NCBI GenBank assembly: GCA_977020255.1
Contig: CDROCS010001737.1
Span: 186,001 to 250,000 of the forward strand
From: Obrimoposthia wandeli
Lineage: Eukaryota
DNA length: 64,000 bases
Reading direction: 5' to 3'
In this document: positions 40,918 through 53,779 of the stretch, piece after piece
How positions within the stretch are numbered: position 1 is the stretch's first letter
Layout of the letters: every line of letters begins with the position of its first letter
The notes under the pieces: generated by a model
The model's database searches: none
Seen by the model: the letters and a program-made list of their open reading frames with translations, nothing else
What the model was told of the DNA's origin: nothing
Program-made: the position numbers and the translations under genes

Positions 40918-41930
40918 TGTAGTTTATTCTGCAATGGGGATTATAAGTAAAGCAGAAACACACACAAAAATCAATATCAGGAGACAGCTAGTGAAATCAG
41001 TCACTCGAAGCCAAGTCGACAATCAGGCAGCCAATCCACGCAGGTAGTTCTCGAGACAGGGAAAACGAGAGACTGATGTTGATGTTGTCGCCACGGCCGT
41101 TCCAACAGAGGGATATGGCTGATTGAAAAAGATCCAGTAGTGGACACAGAGGGAGAGAGAGAGATTGTCACTGGCCAAAGATTGGTGGCAGTGGTTGTCC
41201 ATCCCTCTGCCCAAACAGTGCCACACACTGCGCACATAAACACGCAGAAGACTGCCGCCGCCGAGAGAAGAGAGGAAGGCAAGACAGGAAGGTGTGGAAG
41301 GTGTGGAAGGAGGTCTGGAGCTCTGCTTTATGCGTCAAGGCAGATCGGGGTAGGGCGTGGCTCTGTGCTACCTGGACGACTTTGTGCAGGTAAGTGTTTT
41401 TCTTCTTATCTATTTGTCTTTTTAATCTCTGACTTCGCGGGCAAAGCCAGAGATATATCTGCCATCCCCCTGACGAGCCCGGTAGGGCGAAACCGGTTAA
41501 GCCGGTCGGGGACTGACAAAAAGAGATAACCAAAAATGCCAAAGTGCATTTCTTATTAACCCGAATAAACATTTCCCTAATTAAGGAAATTTTTTCCAGT
41601 TATTTCTTAATTAAAGAAATAATTAAAATTTTAAAAATTAATTTTTCTTTTACAAACATGTCCACAACAAAATTATAAAAATTTCACTGAATTAATCCAA
41701 TTAAATCGAATATAAAAAACACATATTTTCAAAATTTTTATATTAAACAATTAAATGAGTCTTGATTAAAGTTTCTTTCTTTCAAATTTTACATCATTGT
41801 AAACATAATCAGATTTAATTTTCGATTTATATTCAAAAAAATTTCAAGTCTAAACTTTGAACAGGCCATATTGATTCAACAATTTTTTATGAAATTGTGT
41901 TTCGTGCTAAGTGTTATAACAATCCCAACA
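40918..41930 (+). mobile_element. Nested LTR-like element carrying an intact hammerhead ribozyme
   Basis: tatg|TGTAG...CCCAACA|tatg. CAG|GTAAGT at 41390, hairpin 41425-41454, hammerhead, AATAAA at 41564. Confidence 0.85.
41465..41512 (+). ncRNA. Type I hammerhead ribozyme, canonical core, predicted cleavage after C41507
   Basis: TCCCC | CTGACGA | GCCC GGTA GGGC | GAAA | CCGG TTAAG CCGG | TC | GGGGA: all core nucleotides and stems I-III present. Confidence 0.93.
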
Positions 41931-42175
41931 TATGTATTTTACCTCCCAAAATATTAAATATGTACTAAAATAATTAAAATAATTCTTGAAATGTTTTGTG
42001 CTGAAAATTAATTTCTAGTATAATCTATGAATGTAATAAATTCGTTATTAATATTATTTATCTAGAGAAAAGTTGACTGAATAATGAGCCCCACAAAATA
42101 TATGGAATCAACTATTTATGTCAGCTCAGAGCCCCTCTTATATTATTCCCAACACATGCAGAATCAAGAAAAATA

Positions 42176-43148
42176 TGTTGCATAAAGTAATATCATACAT
42201 ACATATTCTAGAAACTGGTTCAAAAATAGAGAATTCATCAGTAAATTTCATCTAAATCAAGCGTATTAGATTACAAGCAGAATAAATAATAAATGGTGAG
42301 GTAAACCAGGAATCTGTTTGATATATTCTGGCGGAAAGATAAATGGTTTATGAGGATATCTTTACACATATCATACATTTTTGTTGTTCAGTTGGAAATA
42401 TAAATGCGTGCAGACAAACACAGAAAAACAAGAACAATATACGAAAAAAGAAACTAGACAACACTACACACAAGCAAAGAATTTTATAGTTTTCAGCAAG
42501 AAAAAGTTCAGTACAGCAGGGAGACAGAGGCGGCGATGTGGATACAGAAATTACAGGGAGATTTACAGAGGGGCCAGTATGTAACTGGTCAATGTAGTTG
42601 CTTCTGAAAAACAATGTTGAACCAAGATGTCACTATAAGAAACTCCATGGAAGGGGAGACTGGAGGCAAGGAAACAGAGGCAGATCTGATCAATAGTTAC
42701 CAAAACAGATACGTTGGTTGCCACTGTCGATGCTGTTAGGAGTAAGATAGCTGGTGTTGTCGCCGAACATTCAATTTATCTGCCTTTCACACATTGGAAC
42801 GGGGACCGATACGGCCAGGACGCCACCGGTATCCCAGAAGGAAAAAATTTACTAGGTGGCTTTTGTGGGAGAAATACTACCATGTTATTCTTTCTGTTTT
42901 TATCTCCGACTTCGTGATTGACAAGTACTTATGAGGTCGGGGAAAAAAATGTGCCGTCTCCTTGAAGATTCCAGCAGAACAAAACTATGTTTTTTTCCTG
43001 TTGGAGACTGATAATGCTTCATTTTCCTGTTGGAGACTGATAATGCTTCATTTTCCTGTTGGAGACTGATAATGCTTCATTTTCCAGACTGTGGAAATTT
43101 CTGTATTTTTAAATTAATTATTTAATTATTAATTGTTAAAACCCAACA
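42176..43148 (+). mobile_element. LTR-like element with decayed hammerhead module
   Basis: Ends CCCAACA. Hairpin 42902-42942, GTCTCC/GGAGAC stem around CTTGAAGA..AAAAC. Left end tentative and TSD unresolved. Confidence 0.5.
42993..43086. repeat. 3 x 31-bp tandem repeat
   Basis: TTTTCCTGTTGGAGACTGATAATGCTTCATT-type unit repeated. It duplicates the 3' arm of the decayed hammerhead stem I. Confidence 0.9.
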
Positions 43149-43711
43149 TATGTCCTGATTCTTAAATAAATTCATGATAGAAAACGTTTTTCACCAAATA
43201 AAAAATAGAACACAAAATTAATTATTTTTTTTAATATTGATGGTTGTTGTAGATCAATAGATAAATTTTTTATGATAATTTTTGTAAATAATTAATCGAT
43301 TATTTAGTCCGATTTTAGTTTTCTAACTCAGTTTTTATTTTGTAAATTATTTTATTTTTCCTATATTTTCTATATTCTTTTATAACACTATGATATGTGG
43401 ACAGTTTAAATTCAACAACTCTGAGTGCCCACTTTGTGCCATAAGGGCCTCTTAAATATATTAAAATATTCATAAATGAAAGCAGGCTTTCCCTTGTTAC
43501 TGGATTAACCACTTTGTAAACATGCAAAAATACAATAGCGTTCAATTGATCGTTGTGATAGTGATTTAATCATTTTCTCCTGAAGTCACAGTCATCATTA
43601 TCTTGTAATATTTATGAATCGCCATTATCACAATAGATATCAACAAGTAAATTACATACATAAAAAGCCTCTTCCAATATTTATTTATTGCCATAGATAT
43701 ATAAATTCACT

Positions 43712-43750
43712 TATTATATATATATATATAATTATATATATATATATTTA
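43712..43750. repeat. Interrupted (TA)n microsatellite
   Basis: Direct reading. Confidence 0.85.
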
Positions 43751-44561
43751 TATGTTATAATATATTTTAATATTTACATATTAATTATAACTTTAATAAA
43801 GTTTCAAGCATTTTTGTAAAAAAGATTTGACTAAATTCATTTTAAAAATTTTATGAAAATTTCAGATTTCTCTATAAATGTTTGATATCCCATATTTCGG
43901 CAAAAGCATTTTATAAGAATCCGATAGTTTAATTTAAATCGTTAAAATAATTCAAAAAATTAATTTGATTAATTTTCGAGTTCGAAAAGGATTAAATGAG
44001 TTTTAACTATAACATTTATTCATTAGTAATAAAATGTATTATACACTTGTATAAGATGCACTGTTTTAAAACATTTTCATTTTACTATTTTTTTAATTAA
44101 TGCACTTTTGAGTTCTTTTTGCACATGAAATTTTACTTTTCAGTGAAAAGCTTTCACATGAGATTAATTTTAAATATTTATTTTATTCTTTTAAAATTTT
44201 GGGACATTTTTTTTAAGAAGTACAACTTCTTTTTCGGACGGGACGTTTATTTCCTAATCAGATTTAGTTTAAAATTGGCATAGAGATGGCAAAAAAAATT
44301 TGGTACGTTTTGAATTTGACAATTTCAGTTGCGGGCTTTTATTTTTAAATTGCGATAATAAAGTGTATTTTATTTAACAAATTGACAAAATCAAAGTCTA
44401 ATGATTGTTTTTTAGTACTAATTTGAATAAAACCTTGAAACAGATAAAATAGCGGATCTATGGCTAAATATCTAATGAAAAGGTTTCAACTATAACTATG
44501 TAAAAATTATGCAATAAAATAAATATCCGAAGGGTTTTCATAAGGATAACTGGGATCATCA

Positions 44562-44992
44562 CTAGCGTAAGTAGCGCATATGTGAACCTATATTAGCTGC
44601 TACCGTGTGATGTGCGGACAAGAACAAGGAGGAATGGGATGGCCAGAAGTCAGCCCAGGCACTGTGCTTACTGATCGGCTGTAATGTGACCAAATTTCGG
44701 GTCAGTGTGAGATCGGGTGGCCAACTGATGTGTCCCGCATGCAGCAGACGTGAAGTTGCGATGTGGCTGCTGGCAGACAATTGGGGCCTTGCCTGCGCAT
44801 TCACTCGACTCGTGCCACTTCCAGTGTCCTTGACGTAACCTGGTGACCCGGACACAAATACAACACTTGAAGTGGTGGCCTCACATGACACTCTGGATGA
44901 GGTTAATGCTTCTTCATCCAACATCAAGACGGCAGCAGTATCTTGGCCGGCTATGGAAGCCAGCTTCCGTCCGTGGGAAGTAGCTTCATTAT
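44562..44992 (-). CDS. Probable terminal exon of an unidentified host gene
   Basis: Isolated GC-rich island, polypyrimidine acceptor TTCTTCCCATTATCCAG|, 143 open codons after phase 1, ending TAG. Confidence 0.5.
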
Positions 44993-46439
44993 CTGGATAA
45001 TGGGAAGAAATTATAAGAGAAAAATGCATAGCATTTAATTAAAATATGTAAGTCATTATTTAAAGCTGGAGTTACATTTAAAATAAAAATCTATGTGAAA
45101 ATTTTGAAGATAAAACTGATTATAAATAATTAATTGTATTTCAATAGTTTTGTCAATGTGATGGATTATTTGTTTTATTGTCAGACATTGGTAACAACAT
45201 ATTATTAAATGAAATATAATTGTTCAGAGATGTGAACATGTATATTCGATTGTTCACGTCTTGTAATCATAATACGAGCTTCTGATTAAATGCTTGCCTC
45301 TTATTATTTATTAATAAAATATTGGTAGCTTTTTGAAGTTATAAATTTAACTTTTTCAAAGAATTTAACTATAAATGAAGCACCACATATCCATTTTATC
45401 ATTAAATTTGGCAGGTGCTTCCGGTTTTCTTTCGTACGGAAATTTACTAAGTTTATTATAAAATGTTCCATTGCTCTTCAAAACTTTCTCACGATATAGC
45501 CAAGCTTTGATGTAAAACGATTTCTTGTTTTTTTTGCAATTAGTAAAGCGATTTTAAATGATGAATTCAATAATTTGACATGAAATTGGAAGTGAATTGA
45601 AATTAGCTTCTTTCTTGCTCTTGCTGTTCGTTGAAAAAACTCAAAGTTTATTTTGATATATTGAATGTTTTGTTTTAAAATTTCATAACATTTTACCTGA
45701 ACTCATGGAGTTGTTTGCAAAGACTATCTTGCAAAATGAAAAAGTGGTATTTCCTGGTTATCTATTATTCTTGAAATGAAATCATGTTGCAAGTAGTCAG
45801 AATTATAGTTGTGGGTTTTTTCATTTATGTTTTTTTTCAATTTGCATCAGCATTGATTGAATGTGATATTTTTATTTGCCTTTCCAAGAAATATTAACTC
45901 ATGTGTTGGGGTTTCTATATGAAACTGTGTTCTAATATAGATCCTCTGAATGAAGGGCCCCAACGTGAGTTCTATAGAAGCAGGACTTGTAGATGTTTGT
46001 GGCCTACTTAATGTTATGCTTGCCTGTCTCAATTTTTATCTAAAGGTTTGTTGTCTCTAAATTTGAAGGGTCTATAACAACGCTTTCTAGTTGTAGGAAA
46101 TCGTTTTTTACTAAGCACACTAAATTAACACGTCTAAATACGTTCTAAAAACTACAATACAATTCCTAAAACTTTTACAAAGTCTCTGCACAAGTGGGGA
46201 TGAACCACGTATCGATTTTATTTTAGGGTTGATTTGTCACTAGAGTCTTTACTCTAGTAAATGGGGACTGATTTTAGAGAGCTGGTTGCTCTGAACTTAT
46301 GGTAGGTTAAGTTGATGAAAGTATAGCAATACAAGTGGGATAATCTATCAAAATCTCTTTAACAATTGTTACAACTTGTATCTTAAAAACTTCGTTCAAA
46401 CTTTTCCAAACTTATTTCAAAAACTTCTTTAACGCTTAC

Positions 46440-46880
46440 TTTAATAACAAAATTCAAGTTTCTCAATGCAAAATTTTAACTATAACAAAATTCAAGTTTA
46501 TCAACACAAAACTTTCAATAACAAAATTTACGTTTATCAATATAAAACTTTCAATAACAAAATTCACGTTTATCAATACACAATTTTAACTTATAACAAA
46601 ATTCAAGTTTATCAATACAAAACTTTCAATAACAAATTTTAAGGTTATCAATACAAAATTTTAACTTATAACAATTCAAGTTTATCAATGCAAAACTTTC
46701 AATAACAAAATTCAAGTTTATTAATACAAAACTTTCAATAACAAAATTCAAGTTTATCAATACACAATTTTAACTTATAACAAATTCAAGTTTATCAATG
46801 CAAAACTTTCAATAACAAAATTCAAGTTTATCAATACAAAACTTTCAATAACAAAATTCAACTTTATCAATGCAAAATTT
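46440..46880. repeat. Minisatellite, 36-40-bp units
   Basis: AATAACAAAATTCAAGTTTATCAATACAAAACTTTC repeated about 11-12 times with variants. Confidence 0.9.
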
Positions 46881-48149
46881 TCACTTTTATACCTTTGTTT
46901 CAGTCCTTTCGCAAGTTGGTTGCCGTGCTCTACGGTCGTTCGGTTCCGGTATCGCAATCCTAGACTTGATCCGCAAATATGTTGGTTGCCGTGTCCAACG
47001 GTTCCTCGTTTTCAGTTCTGAAATTGTCTTGAGATATAATAATTCAATTATTATTCTCACTTTTCCGTCTCGTTTGCGAAATCCCAGTAAAATCCTTGGC
47101 CACAGAATATATTCTCTGAATCTGTTGAGATCGAATCGGTTTCCGTCTTTTTATGTTTTTGGTTCCGTAATCCACAATTTGCTGTCCTTTTATATGGCTG
47201 TATGTTTTCTGTATCTGGAATTTCAGCTGCTAAATTCCGACTGCGGATTCGATTGTCTTTGTTGCGATTAACGAGTTGCGATTAATGACTCGGAATTGAT
47301 CAGCTGCTAACTTGTCTGCTGTTTGGCTCCCACCTACGAATTGGTCTGATAGCGCTAATTCTATAATGGAGAAAAATCAATTTAGCTAAATGCTAATATT
47401 TCTTACCTTGGCTCTTTTCAATTAGTCTTCTTTCCTTAAGTTCTTGATTTGTTCGTATTTTCTTTTTTGGGGCCTTTTGCTTTAATTTTAACCTCTATAT
47501 ATATCGCACTCTAAACATGACCTTTCAAAGTCCTAATATTTTCTACAAAACTATATTTAATTTCAACTTTTATTTATTTAAATTTAATTTAATCTATATT
47601 TAACCTTGCTTTCAAGGATTTTTATTTCGGTATAAATTCAATTAATTATTTAATATTGTTGGGGTTTCTATATGAAACTTATATAGATCCTCTTGAATGT
47701 GGAGGGCCCCAACGTGAGTTCTGTAGAAGCAGGTCTTAAAGTTGGTCGTGGCCTACTTAATGTTATGGTTGCCTGTCTCAAATACTTATCTGAAGGTGTT
47801 TGTTTTGATGTCTCTTAATCTGAAGGGTTTAAAACAATGCTTTCTAATGTAGGAAATCGTTTATTGTTAACACACTAAACTAAAACACCAATACGTTTAC
47901 GTACGTATTTCTAAAATATTACAGTAAAAATTCCTAAGACTTCTGTAAGTCTCTACACAAGTGGGGATGAACCACGTATCGATTTTACGTTAAGGTCGGT
48001 TAGTTTATTGGAGTCTTTACTCTAACTTGTGGATAAACTCAGTGTACAGATTTTGAAGAGCTGGTTGCTCTAATATAAGGAATGCGTTTAGAGCTGGATG
48101 TCTCAAGTGGTTTAATTTTAAGGGTTTATTTCTCAATGATGATTTTAGA

Positions 48150-48730
48150 TAATTTTCACAAAAAACTAGACTTTCTCTTTCTCAATTTACGATTCAAATA
48201 ATTTCGCAAAAATTTACGATTCAAATAATTTCACAAAAATTTACGATTCAATTAATTTCACAAACTTTACGACTCAATTAATTTCACAAAATTTACGGTT
48301 CAAATAATTTTCACAAAACTAGTTTTCTTTTTCTCAATTTACGATTCTATAATTTCACAAAAATTTACGATTCAAATAATTTCACAAAAATTTACGATTC
48401 AATTAATTTCACAAACTTTACGATTCAATTAATTTCACAAAATGTACGACTCAATAATTTCACAAAATTTATGGTTCAATTAATTTTCACAAAACTAATT
48501 TTCTTTTTCTCAAATTACGATTCTATAATTTCACAAAAATTTACAATTCAAATAATTTCACAAAAATTGACGATTCAATTAATTTCACAAACTTTACGAT
48601 TCAATTAATTTCACAAAATGTACGACTCAATAATTTCACCAAAATTTACGACTCAAATAATTTCACACAATTTACGACTCAATTAATTTCACAAAATTTA
48701 CGATTCAATTAATTTTCACAAAACTAAATT
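48150..48730. repeat. Minisatellite, about 26-27-bp units with a higher-order period
   Basis: AATTTCACAAAAATTTACGATTCAAAT repeats, punctuated by AAAACTA..TTTCT every 150-230 bp. Confidence 0.9.
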
Positions 48731-48749
48731 TCTTACACTAGCTTTGGAT

Positions 48750-48965
48750 CCGTCCGTTGTCTGATTAGAGATGCTGCTCACGCTGTATCCTAGTTCGAGC
48801 TATCTGATTAGAGAATTGTTCGCGCTTTGTGCTGATTCTTCTCCGAGTATAAACTAGCTTGATATCCGTCCGTTGGCTGATTAGAGATGCTGCTCACGCT
48901 GTATACTAGTTTGAGCTATCTGATTAGAGACTGTTCGCGCTTTGTGCTGATTCTTCTCCGAGTAT
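48750..48965. repeat. 2 x about 115-bp tandem duplication
   Basis: ATCCGTCCGTTG..TGATTAGAGATGCTGCTCACGCTG...TTCTCCGAGTAT occurs twice. Confidence 0.85.
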
Positions 48966-49924
48966 TCTTCTCTTTTTGGGGATTGATTTTAATCTAGACT
49001 TATATAGTCTTCCTTCTTGCCAATCACTTTGTTAGTGGTGTGGCTAATTAATATTCCTGGCGGTCCTACACAGTAATTAGTTAATCGACTTAATTACTTC
49101 GTCGCTTACCTCACAAAAGACAGCTGTTGGGACTCGAGACGTGGGAATCGATTTTTCCTTTCGCGTTTGTTCAGTCCTACAAGTAAATAATTAATTTACT
49201 TATTTAATTTGTTGTCGCTCACCTCCGGGAAAACAGCACGTGGAATTGGTGACGTGTTTTGTTCTTCTAATTTTCCTTTTTCAACAAACTATTTTTTCTT
49301 TGGTAATCTATTAACTTTTGCACTTTTGTTTTTTTAAATTAACATTATATATACTCACGCATTTCACACGACCTTCGTGGTCTTCTAATATTTATTTACC
49401 TATTTAACTAACAATTTTAATTCTGATATTAATTTATTTAATTCTAACCTTGTTCTCAAGGATTTTCATTTTAGTATAAATTCAACTTAATTATTTAATT
49501 TTAACAAAACCTAATCCTAACAATATTATTCAAAACACATGAAACACAGTTATACTTGGTATATTTAATTCGTTCGATTGTATTGTAATGGCGTTAGTAT
49601 TGACATTACTTGTACCTATTTTTGTTGTCTTTCACGCTGGTGTACCATCATGAAACTTTCCGAACTAAGTTTGTACCACATTTGGATTGACAATGAATTA
49701 CCCTTCTCCATTTGATATAATTTCTAAGTTTCCCTGACGTTCATACCTTTATTCCAATAATGACAAATAATTACTTTGATAACTGCTTCCACTCAAGACC
49801 AAAAACTATTACAATGCATACAAAATAACATATTTGGTGTTAGTTACAAATTTGATACTTATTTTCTATTTGTGTTTTCATTAACTCAAAAAAAATAACT
49901 CCTTTATTATTTGTTTGATACCTA

Positions 49925-51710
49925 CACATGCAATTATAAACATTCTAAACGCGGATTTTTTATGCTGTTCATTAAGAAACCGATTTGAAAAACTACTAAT
50001 TCCATAGTAAAACTTTGGATACGTTCCATATCTGCTAAAAACGCATGAATCGGAAAAAATCGAAAAAACATTTTCTATTTGTACATGTAATTTTTATTTA
50101 ATGATACATATTAAGTTACATTGTCAGAATTGGATTCGTTTGGACTCGTCTAGGATTTGGTGAGAAATTACCTGAGGAAATGTATACGTACGATTTAGGT
50201 GATCAAGTAGAAGGTTCCATACATGTAGTCTTAACATTGTTGATGTAGTCCCTAATTAGTGTTTGCTTAACCGATGTATACTGTTGTTTATAAAGTTCTT
50301 GATATCTCGACATGCATGATTTAAGTACACGTTGGAATTTCATAAATCGCTCAGAATCTGGATATTGATGCATATTTGGAGGCCTTTTCGAATCACATTT
50401 GATTTGAATGGTGCAACTTCTTCCGATTTATTGTTTTTTACAGGGTCATCTGGAATGTTTAATAGAAGTTCCATAAGTTATTTGTCACTTAGCGCTGGGT
50501 CAAAAAGTAGCTAATCTATATCTTCGCATAATGCTTGGAAATCCTCTACCGATTTCATGGTTTAAAGCTATAATTTCTGAAGTAGATGTTTCAACTGGTT
50601 AAATTTCTCTTTGATAGGATGCAGGCCAAACCTTATTCCAACAAGTATTTACAGTTGTGATTTAATTGCTGCAATTGTTAAACCAGCGTGATTTATGCAG
50701 TCTAAAATGTAATTTTTCTCTCCAAACATCCTTAACTGTTGTCTCTATATTCTCTTTTCCAAAATAAACTGAAATGTCAACTTCACGTAATGTTTTTTAA
50801 ATGCAGATACTGCTCTGATTCAATGCATGTAGAAGGCTGGTTGTATTTGACCTTTATCCAGCATGTATTTTTTAAACTTCCGGCACAAAATATTCATTAA
50901 ACCATTCTTAGAAAACCAAAATAGTTAATCTTTGCATTTGAGCAACCGAGGCTTTAGTGATCGATTAACAACAAATTTTCTTAATATCCGATCCCCGTGT
51001 GCATTGCTGCGAAATAAGGTCACTCTATCTTTCGCGGCTTTAAAGCTGTTTGCAAATGTTCAGACTTAACAATATAGGTTATACTAAAGCCCAGTTTCGT
51101 CGACATTGAAACATAGTTCGGACAATATTCTCTATCTTGAATAATTTTTGGAAAACATTTATCACCCTCTTCATCTGCTGATGCGATTTCACTGATTGCT
51201 TTTTACACCATAAAATGCATTCCGCTTTCAAAACCGGGTTAATCATACTGAACTGACTATTAACTCTGCGTTATTGCTCTCGCTGGATGAAATAGTAAAC
51301 TCTGAATTTTTCCTCTCATAAAAGCGAATTGCTCGTTTTTTAATTAGTTGGCCATTTGTGGGGATTATCTTAACTTAATCTTCCATTTAAATTAATTACA
51401 TTTTTTAATTACATATTTCCTTATTGCGGACTGATTATTTTTAATAGCTTTGATTGTGGATTCGTTTAAATGTTTAAATGTTTAAGAACATATGTAGAAC
51501 CTTCACTTGCTTTTAAACGATCCAAAATGATAATTTTGGTTTCTAGGGAAATCACACTTCTGTTCCCTTTTTCATGTTTGTTAAAAATTTTGAGCACCGT
51601 CTTTAAAATTTTAAATTAAATTGTAGAGTTTATCAAACACAAAAGACTTTTACATGAAAACTATCCAATAAAGCACACACAAAGATATATCTAGGAGGAA
51701 TTTTACTGTC
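49925..51710 (-). mobile_element. Decayed Tigger/pogo-type transposon
   Basis: RSVISLETKIIILDRLKASE (psq-type HTH), FNVDETGL at 51088-51111, KDRVTL-like motif. Confidence 0.8.
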
Positions 51711-53779
51711 GAGAATATCTAATGAAATGAAAAAAATTAAAAATTTGTAACCAAATGAATATTATTTTGCTCGGTTTTGCAATAACAAGGCGCGTATATT
51801 ACATGTGCAATGTTGCTTCCAACTCCTGTTATATATTTTGATTAGTAACTTATTGAATGTACCAACAAAAATTTTATTTTTCTAATACTATTTTAAAATC
51901 CCTTTATAAAAAAACACTAATGTACAATAATTTTTTAAACTTTGAAATAATTGTTATAAAGAAAAGCAATCACATGTTAAATATGTTTTCAATTTTTAAA
52001 ACCTGAAAAAGTAAGAGAAAGTGTATTTCAGTTTGTTCATATTTTGATCCGAAGCTTATAAAAGTGAGAAAGCTTATCTTTTTGACCACTGCTCATTTTC
52101 TTTGTATTTTTATAAATCTTGTAGTTTTTTATTAATTTTACCTATTGTTCTCTTATTAACATAATATTTCAATTATTTTGAAAGGTGTAAATTGTGATTT
52201 ACCATCTTATTTTTTTGTTATTAGATACATTTGTCCGATTGTTTACTTTGTAACTCACGAATTAAATCTAAAAATAAAATAGTAGAAATTAAAAAGTTAC
52301 GTTTTCTCTGCACATTTTTAAACGAATGATTTACAATCGAATCGCTTTAATTTAATAATATTTATTAAAATGTTTCAGAATAATTAGACATTTTTGTATC
52401 TATAATTAATAGTGTAACTTTTAAAATATATTTTTAGAACAAAAAGATTAAAAAATACATTTTTTGTCAAGATTTTCAAAAATCATCATTTTTATCTTGT
52501 CCTTTTTGTAAGTAAGTTATTTAATAAGTTAAATTTATTATCATTAAAAATATTAAATTATCTGTAATTACATACGAGTACACTAAATAATTACAAAATA
52601 TAAATTGCTGATATTTTTTTGAAAGTGAAAATGAAAAAAAGTAATAATACACCAAAACTCCAATTTGTGTCGTTAATTGAAACCGCAAAAACAACGAAAA
52701 TCAAAACGACACAAAAGGAAATAATGTTTTCTATATATCTTTATAGTTTTTGTTAAATTAGTTCTATCCATATAAATAAGTATATGAAAACTGTGCCATA
52801 AAGAAAACATACTTTTAAAAACTCAACCAAAATTTATTCTCATTCTATATTAAACTTTAATTAATTTAAGAAATTGGTGTACATTTAAATAATTTATAAA
52901 AATATTTATTCTCCTTGACTTTACGATTCTGAATAGGTTGACTTTGCTGATTTTATTTAAAAAAAACTTTCCTTGAAGGGAAACTGCTTTCGTTTCTAAA
53001 TAATTTTTTAAAATCAATTGATCGTGCCTGTCACAGTACGTTCATTTTTGAGCTTCGGTTGTCATCAGTAGAAAAAATTACATTGCTTCTTTTATGAATT
53101 GCATTACCCTTGAAATACGACCAGCCACTAATTTTATTTTCAGGATTTTCAACCACTGCCTCATCCATCGTACTCATCCAAATACTCGAAATCGATATCC
53201 AGTAAATCTTATTTTGTATCTCTTTGACCTGGTATACCAATACCAGTGTCGATATAATTTTCCATACCTTCAAAATTGGCCTCTCTATCCAAATGAGCTA
53301 GTTACGAATACAGGTTTGTAATATTCTTTTATAAGTATCTGCCCTTACATCTTGACATCTTCTCGTGATTTTTACAAAAAAATAACCAGATCGATAAATT
53401 TTACGAAATGATTGAAGTCAATAAATATATAAATTAATGTGAATTTTAATAAAATGTAATAATTTGCATATTAAAATATAGAAATGATAAAAGACAGGGG
53501 ATGGATATTTCATTTTCAATCACTAATTAATATTTGAATTTTTACAAATCTGCAAAACTAGGTTGACTGTGTAATGCAACCCTAAGATGCACTATCCTTT
53601 TGAGATTTTTTCTTTAAATAGTTTCTACAGACCTGATAGAGATTGGACACTTTTCTTAATTTTTCAATATGAAATTAAATAAATTCACTTACAGTGTCAT
53701 TTACATTATCTCCAAGACAAAAAAAACTTTTTTTTTGAAAGTCAGTTAAAATACAATTGTTAATTTTTTTATTATAATA

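Larger units (their letters stand above)
39104..42154 (+). mobile_element. Outer LTR-like element hosting two nested relatives
   Basis: catg|TGTTAG...CCCAACA|catg. Contains a hammerhead 3' remnant (GTCGGGGACTGAC, 40504) and the AAATGCCAAAGTGCATTT motif. Confidence 0.75.
47657..49522 (-). mobile_element. Nested LTR-like element, group A
   Basis: atat|TGTTGGGG...CCTAACA|atat. On the minus strand: TATA (about 49350), donors (49220, 49107), AATAAA (47860-47865). Confidence 0.88.
45904..49537 (-). mobile_element. LTR-like element, group A, with a relative nested near its end
   Basis: catg|TGTTGGGG...CAAAACA|catg. About 1.76 kb once the nested copy is removed. Confidence 0.8.

Noticed and set aside
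41001-41572. Several overlapping 70-134 aa ORFs (also 40038-40613, 60122-60483, 61086-61313, 62054-62432)
   Set aside because: They lie in the GC-rich heads of the LTR-like units, are open on both strands, and have no recognisable domains. They are likely chance ORFs.
44521-45040. Protein-like plus-strand frame with six stops
   Set aside because: Its stop density is close to random expectation, whereas the minus frame is fully open with a good acceptor.
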